Shown piece by piece: positions 28,542 to 37,358 of a DNA stretch of 44,437 nucleotides (positions are counted from its first letter, which is position 1; the number at the start of each line of letters is the position of its first letter). The translations under genes and the position numbers were made by a program. The stretch is from Flammeovirgaceae bacterium (lineage in GTDB: Bacteria > Bacteroidota > Bacteroidia > Cytophagales > MED-G16). Below the pieces are notes generated by a model. It had not been told where the DNA came from. It searched no databases and saw only the letters and a list, made by a program, of their open reading frames with translations. The stretch spans positions 1 through 44,437 of the forward strand of contig JAYNOQ010000004.1 in assembly GCA_038113315.1 (NCBI GenBank), in the 5' to 3' direction.

Positions 28542-29729
28542 TCATTTTTTGATAATCCAATTTTCTGGATTCAACTTAATATTATTTTTCCATATTTGAA
28601 ATTGAAGCTGAGTAATACCATCATTATTTGTTACTAAATCAGCAATTTCTTGGTTTTTTGATATAATATCTCCTTTCTCAACCTTCAAATTTTTAAGCTT
28701 TGCATAAAGTGTATAATACTCTCCATGATTGATAATTATAACGTTATTCATTCCAGGAATAAATGCTACGGTAGATACCTTACCATTATAGATAGCATAT
28801 ACTTTTGAGGATTTTCGAGTTTGAATGTCAACACCGTCATTTTTTACTTTAATATTTTTAATTATTGGATGAGGATGTTCTCCAAATCTATTTGAAATAA
28901 AACCTGACTTCACTGGCCAGTCAAACTTCCCTACATTTGCCTCAAATCCTTCAGTTATCTCTAAAACATCAATTTCCTCATCATTATTTTTAGTAAGAGC
29001 TTCTTTCTCTTTCCGGATTATATCTCTAATTAATTTGTCAAGATTTTCTAGAGCTACTTTTCTCTCAGAGATTTCTTTTCTCAAATTTCTCTGTTTTTTA
29101 CTTAGATCTGATATTGTTTTTCTCTGTCTGCCTTTTAATTTTTGAAGTTTATTATTTTCACTTAATTCCTCTTTTAGTAATTTTTTTTGCTTCTTATTTG
29201 TATCTGATAAATTATTTTCTTGAAATTCTAACTCTGCATATACTTTATTTATTTCTAAAATCTGATTTTTTCTAAATTTAGAATACTGAAATATATAATT
29301 GAATCTCCTATACATTTGATTATAGTCTTTCGAAGAAAATATATATGTTAATTTATCAAGTGATGACCTAGATTTATATGAAGAATAAACCATATCTGAA
29401 TATTCCTTATTTAGAATTCTAAGATCTCTTTTAAGAGAATTTATTAGGTTTCTAATTACTATTATTTCATTGGATTGGACTTTAATATCTTCTCTTAAAT
29501 TTGATATTAGACTTTCTCTATTTCTAATTTGCTTATTAATAACATTTAATCTTCCAATAGTTATATTTTTAGATTCCTCTGTTTCCTTTAAAATTGTTTC
29601 CGCTTCTTTTATTCTTAATAAATTATCATCTCTTTCCTTTTCTAGTGAAATTATTGACTGCTGAGAAAATATATTATAAAAACATGATAGAAAAAAAATA
29701 AGTAAGAAATCAAATTTTCTTGAGTGCAT
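28542..29729 (-). CDS. envC: Murein hydrolase activator EnvC-like (coiled coil plus degenerate M23/LytM domain)
   Basis: Long coiled coil; WPVKSG.I...FG; NDGVD in place of HxxxD and QLQFQIW in place of HxH; LNPENW. Confidence 0.85.
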   Translation of the reverse strand: MHSRKFDFLLIFFLSCFYNIFSQQSIISLEKERDDNLLRIKEAETILKETEESKNITIGRLNVINKQIRNRESLISNLREDIKVQSNEIIVIRNLINSLKRDLRILNKEYSDMVYSSYKSRSSLDKLTYIFSSKDYNQMYRRFNYIFQYSKFRKNQILEINKVYAELEFQENNLSDTNKKQKKLLKEELSENNKLQKLKGRQRKTISDLSKKQRNLRKEISERKVALENLDKLIRDIIRKEKEALTKNNDEEIDVLEITEGFEANVGKFDWPVKSGFISNRFGEHPHPIIKNIKVKNDGVDIQTRKSSKVYAIYNGKVSTVAFIPGMNNVIIINHGEYYTLYAKLKNLKVEKGDIISKNQEIADLVTNNDGITQLQFQIWKNNIKLNPENWIIKK

Positions 29730-30477
29730 ATTTTGATGGTATATTGAAAGGGAATTTTAATGGACGATTTGTTCTTTCAACTTCTTTAAAATTAAAATTA
29801 ATATTTGTTATTACAGGTACACTACTATCATCAAGATAACTAACAGAGGTAAATAAATGTCTTCCTGGAAAAAGTATCTTTCCAAGAGGTTTGAAATTTT
29901 CATAATCTACAGTCAACAAGTAATTTGTTATTTCATCAAATAATATTAGTTTTTCAATTTTTGATGTTTTTGTATTTACTAGGTTCTGAGACTGAATAGA
30001 TTCTTGCTGCTGAATAATTTTAAAGTAATTTCCCTCTTTTCTAATTATATCAGAAATTGATATTTCATACAATAAATTTCCTGTTAAAGCAGCTTCAAGC
30101 TGATCAAAACTTAGTTTCATTTTGAACTCTTTTTCAACTATATCTAAAGAAGATTTAATTACTTGTTTATTTACCCTATCTATTATAATAAATTCATCTC
30201 TTGTAATCATACCCCTAGCAGCCTCAACACCAAGAGCTACTCTTACTGAGAACCAAATTTTAACCCCATTTTCTATTCGCATATTAAGAGTTGCATTAAT
30301 TAGCTGATTCTCATTTTTATATTGGATCTTTGACTTAGTAGATAAAAATTTATAATCTAGCTCTTCAATAACAAAGTCATCAATTTCAACTTTTGATGAC
30401 TCTTGTGGAACAAAATCCTTCTTACATGACGCAAGTAAAAATATGAGAAATAATAGAGATAATTTGTTAAATGACAT
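29710..30477 (-). CDS. DUF4292 family lipoprotein (reported LolB-like in Bacteroidota)
   Basis: Lipobox LASC; RI....KIWFSV...LGVEAAR..IT, IDRVNK, LEAALTGN, FPFNIPSKY. 20-bp overlap with envC. Confidence 0.8.
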   Translation of the reverse strand: MSFNKLSLLFLIFLLASCKKDFVPQESSKVEIDDFVIEELDYKFLSTKSKIQYKNENQLINATLNMRIENGVKIWFSVRVALGVEAARGMITRDEFIIIDRVNKQVIKSSLDIVEKEFKMKLSFDQLEAALTGNLLYEISISDIIRKEGNYFKIIQQQESIQSQNLVNTKTSKIEKLILFDEITNYLLTVDYENFKPLGKILFPGRHLFTSVSYLDDSSVPVITNINFNFKEVERTNRPLKFPFNIPSKYALKKI

Positions 30478-30482
30478 TTTTG

Positions 30483-30490
30483 CAAAAATA
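30483..30490 (-). promoter_or_regulatory. -7 promoter box (TATTTTTG) for DUF4292-envC
   Basis: Exact TAnnTTTG with 5 nt between it and ATG 30477. Confidence 0.55.
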
Positions 30491-30524
30491 ATATAAAATT
30501 CTTTTTAGAATCTAATATCTCTTC

Positions 30525-31313
30525 TTAATCTCCTTTAAAATCAGGGCATCTTTTCTCAAGAAATGCTTTTATTCCTTCCTTAAAATCTTTAGTTGAAGTA
30601 CATTCTGAAAATAATTTGATTTCGTGCTTAAAACCATCAATATCATCAGCATAAAAATTATTTACAGATTTAATAACATTTTTTATTGCGATAGGTGCCT
30701 TTCTCTTTATTATTAAAATTAATTCTTTGCATTTCTCCATACCAGAATTAAAATCTTTAGTAACATAATTAACAAGACCGAATTTAAGTGCCTCTTTCGA
30801 AGAAATCATATTTGCTGTTAACATCATCTCTAAGGCTTTAGTTTTACCTATAATCTGAGTTAATCTTTGTGTTCCACCATATCCAGGTATTAGACCAAGA
30901 TTTATTTCAGGTTGAGAAAATTGGGCATTCTCAGTTGCAACCCTAAAATGACAAGCTAAAGATAATTCACACCCACCACCTAAAGCATAACCATTAACTA
31001 AAGCAAATACTGGGATACTCATATTTTCAATTAAGTTAAAAAGAGAATGTCCGTTATTACAAAACTCAGAGGAAGATGATTCATCAATTTTATTGAATTC
31101 TTTAATATCTGCTCCTGCAACAAATGCTTTTTCTCCAGAACCAGTAATAATTACTCCAAATTTATTTTTAGTATTTGAATTAATATATTCAAAACACATC
31201 TTCAATTCATTTATAGTTTCTTGATTCAATGCATTGAGATATTTAGGTCTATTAATTTTTATAAGATAAAAGTCTTGCTCAATTTCTAGAATTAAGTTAT
31301 TATAATTTTTCAT
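30525..31313 (-). CDS. Enoyl-CoA hydratase/isomerase (crotonase family)
   Basis: INRP..LNALN, AFVAGADI, NGYALGGGCEL, QPEINLGLIPGYGGTQRL, DFKEG..AF.EKR.P.F.G. Confidence 0.93.
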   Translation of the reverse strand: MKNYNNLILEIEQDFYLIKINRPKYLNALNQETINELKMCFEYINSNTKNKFGVIITGSGEKAFVAGADIKEFNKIDESSSSEFCNNGHSLFNLIENMSIPVFALVNGYALGGGCELSLACHFRVATENAQFSQPEINLGLIPGYGGTQRLTQIIGKTKALEMMLTANMISSKEALKFGLVNYVTKDFNSGMEKCKELILIIKRKAPIAIKNVIKSVNNFYADDIDGFKHEIKLFSECTSTKDFKEGIKAFLEKRCPDFKGD

Positions 31314-32248
31314 TTCAATTTTACTTTTAAATTTTTAATCATAATTGAGATAGTTTTATTTAAATCATATTGAGGCTTCCACAACCAGTCAATTCTTGAG
31401 AACTTATCATTTATTGAAGCAGGCCACGAATCTGCAATTTTTTGTCTGAAGTCAGGATTATATTCAACAATGAAAGTATCATCAATCTTCTTTAACTCTT
31501 TCTCAATAATTTCTGGAGAAAGACTAAAACTAGCTAAGTTATAACTTGATTTAACTGATAATTTTTTCTTGTCAGCTGACATCAACTTATGTATAGACTC
31601 AATTGCATCATCAATATAGATCATAGGAAGCATAGATTTTTTATCCAGAAAACAATTATATTTTTCCTTTTTTAAAAAAGAATAAAAAATTTCAACAGCA
31701 TAATCTGTAGTTCCTCCACCAGGCAAAGTATTTGAGCTTATAATTCCTGGGAATCTCACACTCCTGACATCAGTATCATATTTAGAGTTATAATACTCAC
31801 ACCATCTTTCTCCAGCAAGCTTACTAATTCCGTATACAGTTGCAGGTTCTTTAATTGAGAACTGATCTGTTTCAATTTTAGGAGTATTAGTTCCAAAAAC
31901 AGAAATTGAACTAGGCCAAAAAACTTTTTCAATAACTTTATTCCTAGCAAGTTCTAAAACATTAAACAAAGAATTCATATTTATATCCCATGTTAACATA
32001 GGATTCACTTCACCTTTAGCAGATAATATTGCAGCAAGATGGTATATTTCTGAAATATTATAATCTTTAACAGCTACTTCTAATTGACTATAATTCAAAG
32101 CATCTAGCTGTAAGTAAGTGAGACTACTTTTTGATTTTTGTTTTATATCTGAAAGAATAATATTATCGGCATCTATTTTACTTTCTAAAAAATTAGATAA
32201 CTCTGATCCAAGTTGTCCTTCAGATCCAATAATTAGTATTCTACTCAT
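31310..32248 (-). CDS. tdh: L-threonine 3-dehydrogenase, SDR/NAD-dependent epimerase type
   Basis: GSEGQLG, HLAAILSA.GE..P, PSSISVFG, YGISK, PGGGTTDYAV, PDFRQ.IADSWP. Divergent from kbl. Confidence 0.88.
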   Translation of the reverse strand: MSRILIIGSEGQLGSELSNFLESKIDADNIILSDIKQKSKSSLTYLQLDALNYSQLEVAVKDYNISEIYHLAAILSAKGEVNPMLTWDINMNSLFNVLELARNKVIEKVFWPSSISVFGTNTPKIETDQFSIKEPATVYGISKLAGERWCEYYNSKYDTDVRSVRFPGIISSNTLPGGGTTDYAVEIFYSFLKKEKYNCFLDKKSMLPMIYIDDAIESIHKLMSADKKKLSVKSSYNLASFSLSPEIIEKELKKIDDTFIVEYNPDFRQKIADSWPASINDKFSRIDWLWKPQYDLNKTISIMIKNLKVKLK

Positions 32249-32310
32249 TATGGGTTATAATTATTAATTTATAATTTACATAAAATATATAAACTAAATA
32301 AAATAAAAAA

Positions 32311-33498
32311 ATGTATAAAGATTTTAAAGTACATCTAGTAAATGAAATTGAAAATACAAAAAAGGCAGGTCTCTATAAAAATGAAAGGATAATTACCTCG
32401 CCTCAGAGTTCCGTTATAAATACTAATAATCAAAAAAATATTATTAATCTATGTTCGAATAATTATCTAGGATTATCATCTGATGCATCCGTTCTAAAAG
32501 CCGCAAAAGAATCTATAGATACTCATGGTTATGGTATGTCATCTGTTCGATTTATTTGTGGAACTCAAAATATTCACAAAAAACTAGAGGATACAATAAG
32601 TGAATTTTTAGGAACAGAAGACACAATTTTATATGCTGCTGCTTTTGATGCTAATGGCGGATTATTTGAACCATTATTTGGGCCCGAAGATGCAATTATA
32701 TCCGATGAATTAAATCATGCATCTATTATTGATGGAATAAGATTATGTAAAGCATCTAGGCATAGGTACTTACATAACAATATGGAAGATTTAGAAGAAA
32801 AACTTAAAGAAACGCAAAATTCAAGAGCAAGAATTATAGTTACTGATGGTGTTTTCTCAATGGATGGTACAATAGCCCAATTAGATATTATCTGTGATTT
32901 AGCAGAGAAATATAATGCCTTGATAATGATTGATGAATGTCATTCTACAGGGTTTATGGGTAAAAAAGGAAGAGGTGTTCACGAATTAAAAGATGTGATG
33001 GGTAAAATTGATATAATAACAGGTACCCTTGGGAAAGCCCTTGGAGGCGCATCAGGTGGCTTTACATCTGGAAGAAAAGAAATAATAGATTTATTAAGGC
33101 AAAGATCAAGACCATACCTTTTTTCAAATACTTTAGCACCTTCTATTGTAGGAGCATCGCTAAAAGTATTTGAATTATTAAAAGAAGATAATTCTCTAAT
33201 CAATAGACTTCATGAAAATGCTAAATACTTTAGAAATAGAATGGAAGATATAGGTTTTGATATTGTAAAGGGAACTCATCCGATTGTTCCAATAATGTTA
33301 TATGACTCAGTTATCGCAAAGGAAATGTCTGAAGCATTACTTGAAGAAGGTGTATATGTTGTGGGATTTTATTTTCCAGTAGTTCCAAAAGGGAAAGCTC
33401 GAATAAGAGTTCAACTATCTGCAAGTCATTCTAAAGAAGAATTAAATTTAGCAATTGAAGCTTTTCAAAAAATAGGAAAAAATTTAGATATAATATAG
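32311..33498 (+). CDS. kbl: 2-amino-3-ketobutyrate CoA ligase (glycine C-acetyltransferase)
   Basis: CSNNYLGL, SSVRFICGT, FDANGG, NHASIIDG, DECH, TLGKALGG (PLP Lys), RSRPYLFSN, ARIRVQLSA. Confidence 0.96.
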   Translation: MYKDFKVHLVNEIENTKKAGLYKNERIITSPQSSVINTNNQKNIINLCSNNYLGLSSDASVLKAAKESIDTHGYGMSSVRFICGTQNIHKKLEDTISEFLGTEDTILYAAAFDANGGLFEPLFGPEDAIISDELNHASIIDGIRLCKASRHRYLHNNMEDLEEKLKETQNSRARIIVTDGVFSMDGTIAQLDIICDLAEKYNALIMIDECHSTGFMGKKGRGVHELKDVMGKIDIITGTLGKALGGASGGFTSGRKEIIDLLRQRSRPYLFSNTLAPSIVGASLKVFELLKEDNSLINRLHENAKYFRNRMEDIGFDIVKGTHPIVPIMLYDSVIAKEMSEALLEEGVYVVGFYFPVVPKGKARIRVQLSASHSKEELNLAIEAFQKIGKNLDII

Positions 33499-33499
33499 T

Positions 33500-34318
33500 T
33501 TAATTTAACTCTAAATCAGTCTCTAGATACTCGTTAATAATTGATCTTAAATTAACAATAGAGATATTGTTATTTATCTTGCCATCAAAAAATGTAGATA
33601 TAGAATTATGTTCCTCTGAAATTACAATTGCTAATGCATCAGTGTCTTCAGATATACCAAAGGCTGCCCGATGTCTTAGTCCGAAATTCATTGGAAGATT
33701 TTGATTTTCAGATACGGGCAAAATACATCTAGCTGCAACAATTTTACCATCGTAAATAATAGATGCTCCATCATGTAACGGACTTTTCTTATTAAAAATT
33801 GATAGAAGTAATCTTTTTGAGAGTTTAGCATCTAAAGGCTCACCTGAATCAGAATAATATTTTAGCTCTGAATCTTTAGATATAACTATTAGAGCACCAT
33901 TTTTATTCTCAGAAATAAGCTTACAAGAATCAACAATTATACTAACAAGATTATTCCATTTATACTTTTTCTGATTTGAAAAAAATGGAGTAAAAATATC
34001 AAAAAGTCTTTTATCTTGAATGTAATTTGTCTTACCAAGAAATAAGAGAAATCTCCTAATTTCTTTTTGAAAAAGTATTAAAACTGCAAGAACCCCTACT
34101 CCCATAAACTGACCTAAAATATTTGTTAGTAATTCCATCTCTGAGGCTCTAACTATAAGATAAAAGAAATAAAGAATTAGAAATCCTATAAATATCCTAA
34201 TTGCTACGCTCCCTCTTAATAATCTATATATATTATATAATAATAAACTAACTAGAAATATATCTATGAAGTCAATTAATCTAATTTCTAAAAAACCTAT
34301 ATTCAAATTAAATATCAT
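33500..34318 (-). CDS. cdaA: Diadenylate cyclase CdaA/DacA (3 TM helices plus DAC domain)
   Basis: Three N-terminal hydrophobic helices, FQKEIRR, catalytic SPLHDGA and GLRHRAA, ISEE. Confidence 0.93.
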   Translation of the reverse strand: MIFNLNIGFLEIRLIDFIDIFLVSLLLYNIYRLLRGSVAIRIFIGFLILYFFYLIVRASEMELLTNILGQFMGVGVLAVLILFQKEIRRFLLFLGKTNYIQDKRLFDIFTPFFSNQKKYKWNNLVSIIVDSCKLISENKNGALIVISKDSELKYYSDSGEPLDAKLSKRLLLSIFNKKSPLHDGASIIYDGKIVAARCILPVSENQNLPMNFGLRHRAAFGISEDTDALAIVISEEHNSISTFFDGKINNNISIVNLRSIINEYLETDLELN

Positions 34319-35133
34319 CCAATTAAATTATTATGCTCTTTTATATCATGGACCCTAATAATTTCAGCTCCTTTTTCAATAGCTAATTTATTCATTTCAA
34401 GCGTTCCTAGTAATGAGTTTTCAACTCCATACTTTTTTCTTATAAAAGACTTCCTAGACAATCCAACAAGAATTGGTAGATTAAATGTATTAAAGACATT
34501 TAAATTTTCTAAAATTTCAAAATTTTGTTCAAAATCCTTTGCAAAACCAAAACCTGTATCCAAGATAATATCATTTATTCCTAATGAATTAAGCTTATCT
34601 ATTTTTTTTCTAAAGTAAGTCATAATATCAATTATTACATCTTCATAATTTGTTTTAGACATCATGTCTTTTGGAGTTCCTCTCAGGTGCATCAAAACAT
34701 ATGGCACATTATTTTCAGATATTACGTTATACATATTTGAGTCATAACTTCCGCCCGAAACGTCATTTATCAGATGAGCTCCTTCTCCTAAAGCCCTACT
34801 AGCAATTTCCGATCTAAAAGTATCTACTGAAATTAATTTTTTTGGAAATCTATTAACTGATTCCTTAACTATAAATTTAATTCTGTCCCATTCTTCCTCT
34901 AGGGATATCGAATCCGATCCAGGCCTTGTAGAACATCCACCAATGTCAATAATTGATGCACCTTCCTCTACCATGTTTTCTAGTCTTTCTATTGAAGAAT
35001 CATTTGTGTTAAATTTTCCCCCATCATAAAATGAATCTGGTGTCATATTTAGAATACCCATTATTAATGGTTTATTATACTCAAATAAATTTCCTCTAAT
35101 ATTTAAAGATCTTTTGATTGATATTTGACTCAT
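34315..35133 (-). CDS. folP: Dihydropteroate synthase
   Basis: MGILNMTPDSFYDGG, IDIGG.STRPG, SVDT, INDVSGG, D.GFGF.K, GLSRKS, RVHD. Confidence 0.97.
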   Translation of the reverse strand: MSQISIKRSLNIRGNLFEYNKPLIMGILNMTPDSFYDGGKFNTNDSSIERLENMVEEGASIIDIGGCSTRPGSDSISLEEEWDRIKFIVKESVNRFPKKLISVDTFRSEIASRALGEGAHLINDVSGGSYDSNMYNVISENNVPYVLMHLRGTPKDMMSKTNYEDVIIDIMTYFRKKIDKLNSLGINDIILDTGFGFAKDFEQNFEILENLNVFNTFNLPILVGLSRKSFIRKKYGVENSLLGTLEMNKLAIEKGAEIIRVHDIKEHNNLIG

Positions 35134-35150
35134 TTTTAATTGCTATTTCA

Positions 35151-35158
35151 TATTTTTG
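35151..35158 (+). promoter_or_regulatory. -7 promoter box (TATTTTTG) for DUF1599-DoxX-aroK
   Basis: Exact TAnnTTTG, 17 nt upstream of the in-frame TTG at 35176. This argues against the 35140 start. Confidence 0.5.
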
Positions 35159-35175
35159 AAAAAATTAATAATAAT

Positions 35176-35721
35176 TTGGAAACATCTACTATAAGCGAGT
35201 ATAAAGAAATTATTAATATCTGTAAAGATATTTATTTAAAAAAGTCAAAAGATTATGGCTCTGCTTGGAGAATTTTAAGAACTACTTCTTTAACTGATCA
35301 AATATTTATAAAAGCTCAAAGAATTAGATCCACTCAAGAAAAGAAGAAAATGAAAGTTGAGGAAAAAATTGAAAATGAATTTATTGGAATAGTAAATTAT
35401 TGTATCATGGCTATTATACAAATTGAGTATGATAAAGATGACATAGAAATTAGTTTAGAAGAATTAGAAAAACTTTATGATTTATATTCTGAAGAAATAA
35501 TGAATTTATTATCAAATAAAAATCATGACTATGACGAAGCTTGGAAAGAGATGAGAATTAGTTCTATGACCGATATCATTTTAATGAAACTATACAGGAC
35601 AAAACAAATAGAAAATAATAATGGTAAGACCTTGATCTCTGAAGGAATCAAAGCAAATTATCAAGACATTGTTAACTATTCCGTTTTTTGTCTAATTAAA
35701 CTATTAATTTATAAAGAATGA
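35176..35721 (+). CDS. DUF1599 (nucleotide-modification-associated domain 1) protein with two tandem domains
   Basis: Internal repeat KSKDYGSAWR...TDQIFIKAQR...GIVNY / KNHDYDEAWK...TDIILMKLYR...DIVNY. Start uncertain (TTG 35176 preferred, TTG 35140 possible). Confidence 0.85.
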   Translation: METSTISEYKEIINICKDIYLKKSKDYGSAWRILRTTSLTDQIFIKAQRIRSTQEKKKMKVEEKIENEFIGIVNYCIMAIIQIEYDKDDIEISLEELEKLYDLYSEEIMNLLSNKNHDYDEAWKEMRISSMTDIILMKLYRTKQIENNNGKTLISEGIKANYQDIVNYSVFCLIKLLIYKE

Positions 35722-36863
35722 GATTTATTTATACACTTTCCAGATATTTAGTTGGACTATTATTTATTTTTTCTGGACTTATTAAAATTAACGATCCTGT
35801 AGGAACCCAAATTAAATTACAAGAATATTTTGAGGTATTTAGTGCAGACTTTGGTTCTGTTTTTGAAATTTTCATTCCATACGCACTTTTATTATCTGTA
35901 TTCTTATGTACACTTGAAGTTGTTATTGGGGTAGCTCTTTTGATGAATTATAAAATAAAAATAGTATCTAAAATTACATTAGGGCTGATTTTATTTTTTA
36001 CATTTTTAACTTTTTACTCTGCGTATTTTAATAAGGTAACAGACTGTGGTTGCTTTGGAGATGCTATTAAACTCACACCATGGGAATCATTTTACAAGGA
36101 TGTTATTTTACTAGTTCTATCTGTAACAATATTTTATATTTATCCGAAATTAAAAAATCAGAAAGGATACTTATATCTTAAAATTTTTGACGACAAAAAC
36201 TTTAGAAATGGTGTAATTGTTACTGTTACATTTATATGTTTAATTATAAGCTATTCAGCAATAAACTTTCTTCCTTTTATAGATTTTAGAACATATAAAG
36301 TAGGTAACTATATTCCTGAACTTATGGAGCCAAGTGATGAATTAAAATATAGTTATGTGATGGAAAAAGATGGAAGAACTTATGAGTTTGACAGCTATCC
36401 TTTAGATAATAGTTTTGAATTTAAAGAATTAAAATTACTTAACCCGGAAGCAGAACCTAAAATTACAGATTATAGTTTATGGAATGATGAAGGTGATTAT
36501 ACAAAGGAAAGTTTTTTAGGAAATAAATTATTTGTAATAATTCACGATGTTAATAAAATTAACTTCAATAAAAATAAACTGAATAAATTCATTTCAACTT
36601 TAAAATTATTAAAAAGTAATATAAATTTTTGGGTAGAAACTATAATAATAACATCTAGTGATGAGAAGTCCATTAATACTTTTAAAAAAGATCATGGGCT
36701 AGAAATAAAAACTGTATATGGTGATGCCACTGTTCTTAAAACAATGATAAGATCAAATCCTGGATTTTTTCTTATGAGAAATGGTATTGTAAGAGGAAAA
36801 TGGCATCATAATAGTTTTCCTGAACCTAAAGAAATTTTAAATAAAGTAAACATTTCAATTTAG
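35718..36863 (+). CDS. DoxX/MauE-family membrane protein with C-terminal thioredoxin-like domain (BT_3928-like)
   Basis: FIFSGLIKINDP.G..IKL.EYF, VTDCGCFGDA, KD..L, LPFIDFR.YKVG, KTMIRSNPG...GKW. Confidence 0.82.
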   Translation: MRFIYTLSRYLVGLLFIFSGLIKINDPVGTQIKLQEYFEVFSADFGSVFEIFIPYALLLSVFLCTLEVVIGVALLMNYKIKIVSKITLGLILFFTFLTFYSAYFNKVTDCGCFGDAIKLTPWESFYKDVILLVLSVTIFYIYPKLKNQKGYLYLKIFDDKNFRNGVIVTVTFICLIISYSAINFLPFIDFRTYKVGNYIPELMEPSDELKYSYVMEKDGRTYEFDSYPLDNSFEFKELKLLNPEAEPKITDYSLWNDEGDYTKESFLGNKLFVIIHDVNKINFNKNKLNKFISTLKLLKSNINFWVETIIITSSDEKSINTFKKDHGLEIKTVYGDATVLKTMIRSNPGFFLMRNGIVRGKWHHNSFPEPKEILNKVNISI

Positions 36864-37358
36864 ATGAGTCAATTCTTTATTGTAGGTATGCCTGGATCAG
36901 GAAAATCTACAATGGCTAAATTTCTAGCCTCTAAGACTAAATTTAATTGCCTTGATCTAGATGAAGTAATTGAAAAAATGTTAAAAAAATCTGTTTCTGA
37001 AATTTTTAGAGATGAAGGTGAAGATCATTTTAGATCTTTAGAAACTAAATTTTTAAAAGAAATTATAAAAAAAGAAAAATCATTTATTTTATCTACAGGT
37101 GGAGGAACTCCATGTTTTAATAAAAACATGGAATTAATGAAAAAAAATGGAACTACAATTTTTTTAAATACATCAACAGATACTCTAATTGAAAGAGTTA
37201 GAAGAAAAGATAAAAGACCTCTCTTTAATTCTAAAAATATTGAGGAAACAATTAATCATATGTTTAATCAGCGTATTAAATATTATGATCAAGCTGAATT
37301 TTCAGTAAAAGATAACAATAGAGAAAAAACTTTATCTATTGTTAATTCTAATTCCTAA
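36864..37358 (+). CDS. aroK: Shikimate kinase
   Basis: GMPGSGKST (Walker A), DLD, GEDHFR..E, STGGGTPCF, RPL, R...Y. Confidence 0.95.
   Translation: MSQFFIVGMPGSGKSTMAKFLASKTKFNCLDLDEVIEKMLKKSVSEIFRDEGEDHFRSLETKFLKEIIKKEKSFILSTGGGTPCFNKNMELMKKNGTTIFLNTSTDTLIERVRRKDKRPLFNSKNIEETINHMFNQRIKYYDQAEFSVKDNNREKTLSIVNSNS

Noticed and set aside
28542-28930. Active M23 peptidase
   Set aside because: The zinc ligands HxxxD and HxH are replaced, which is the expected EnvC-type inactive domain. It is not a pseudogene or a novelty.
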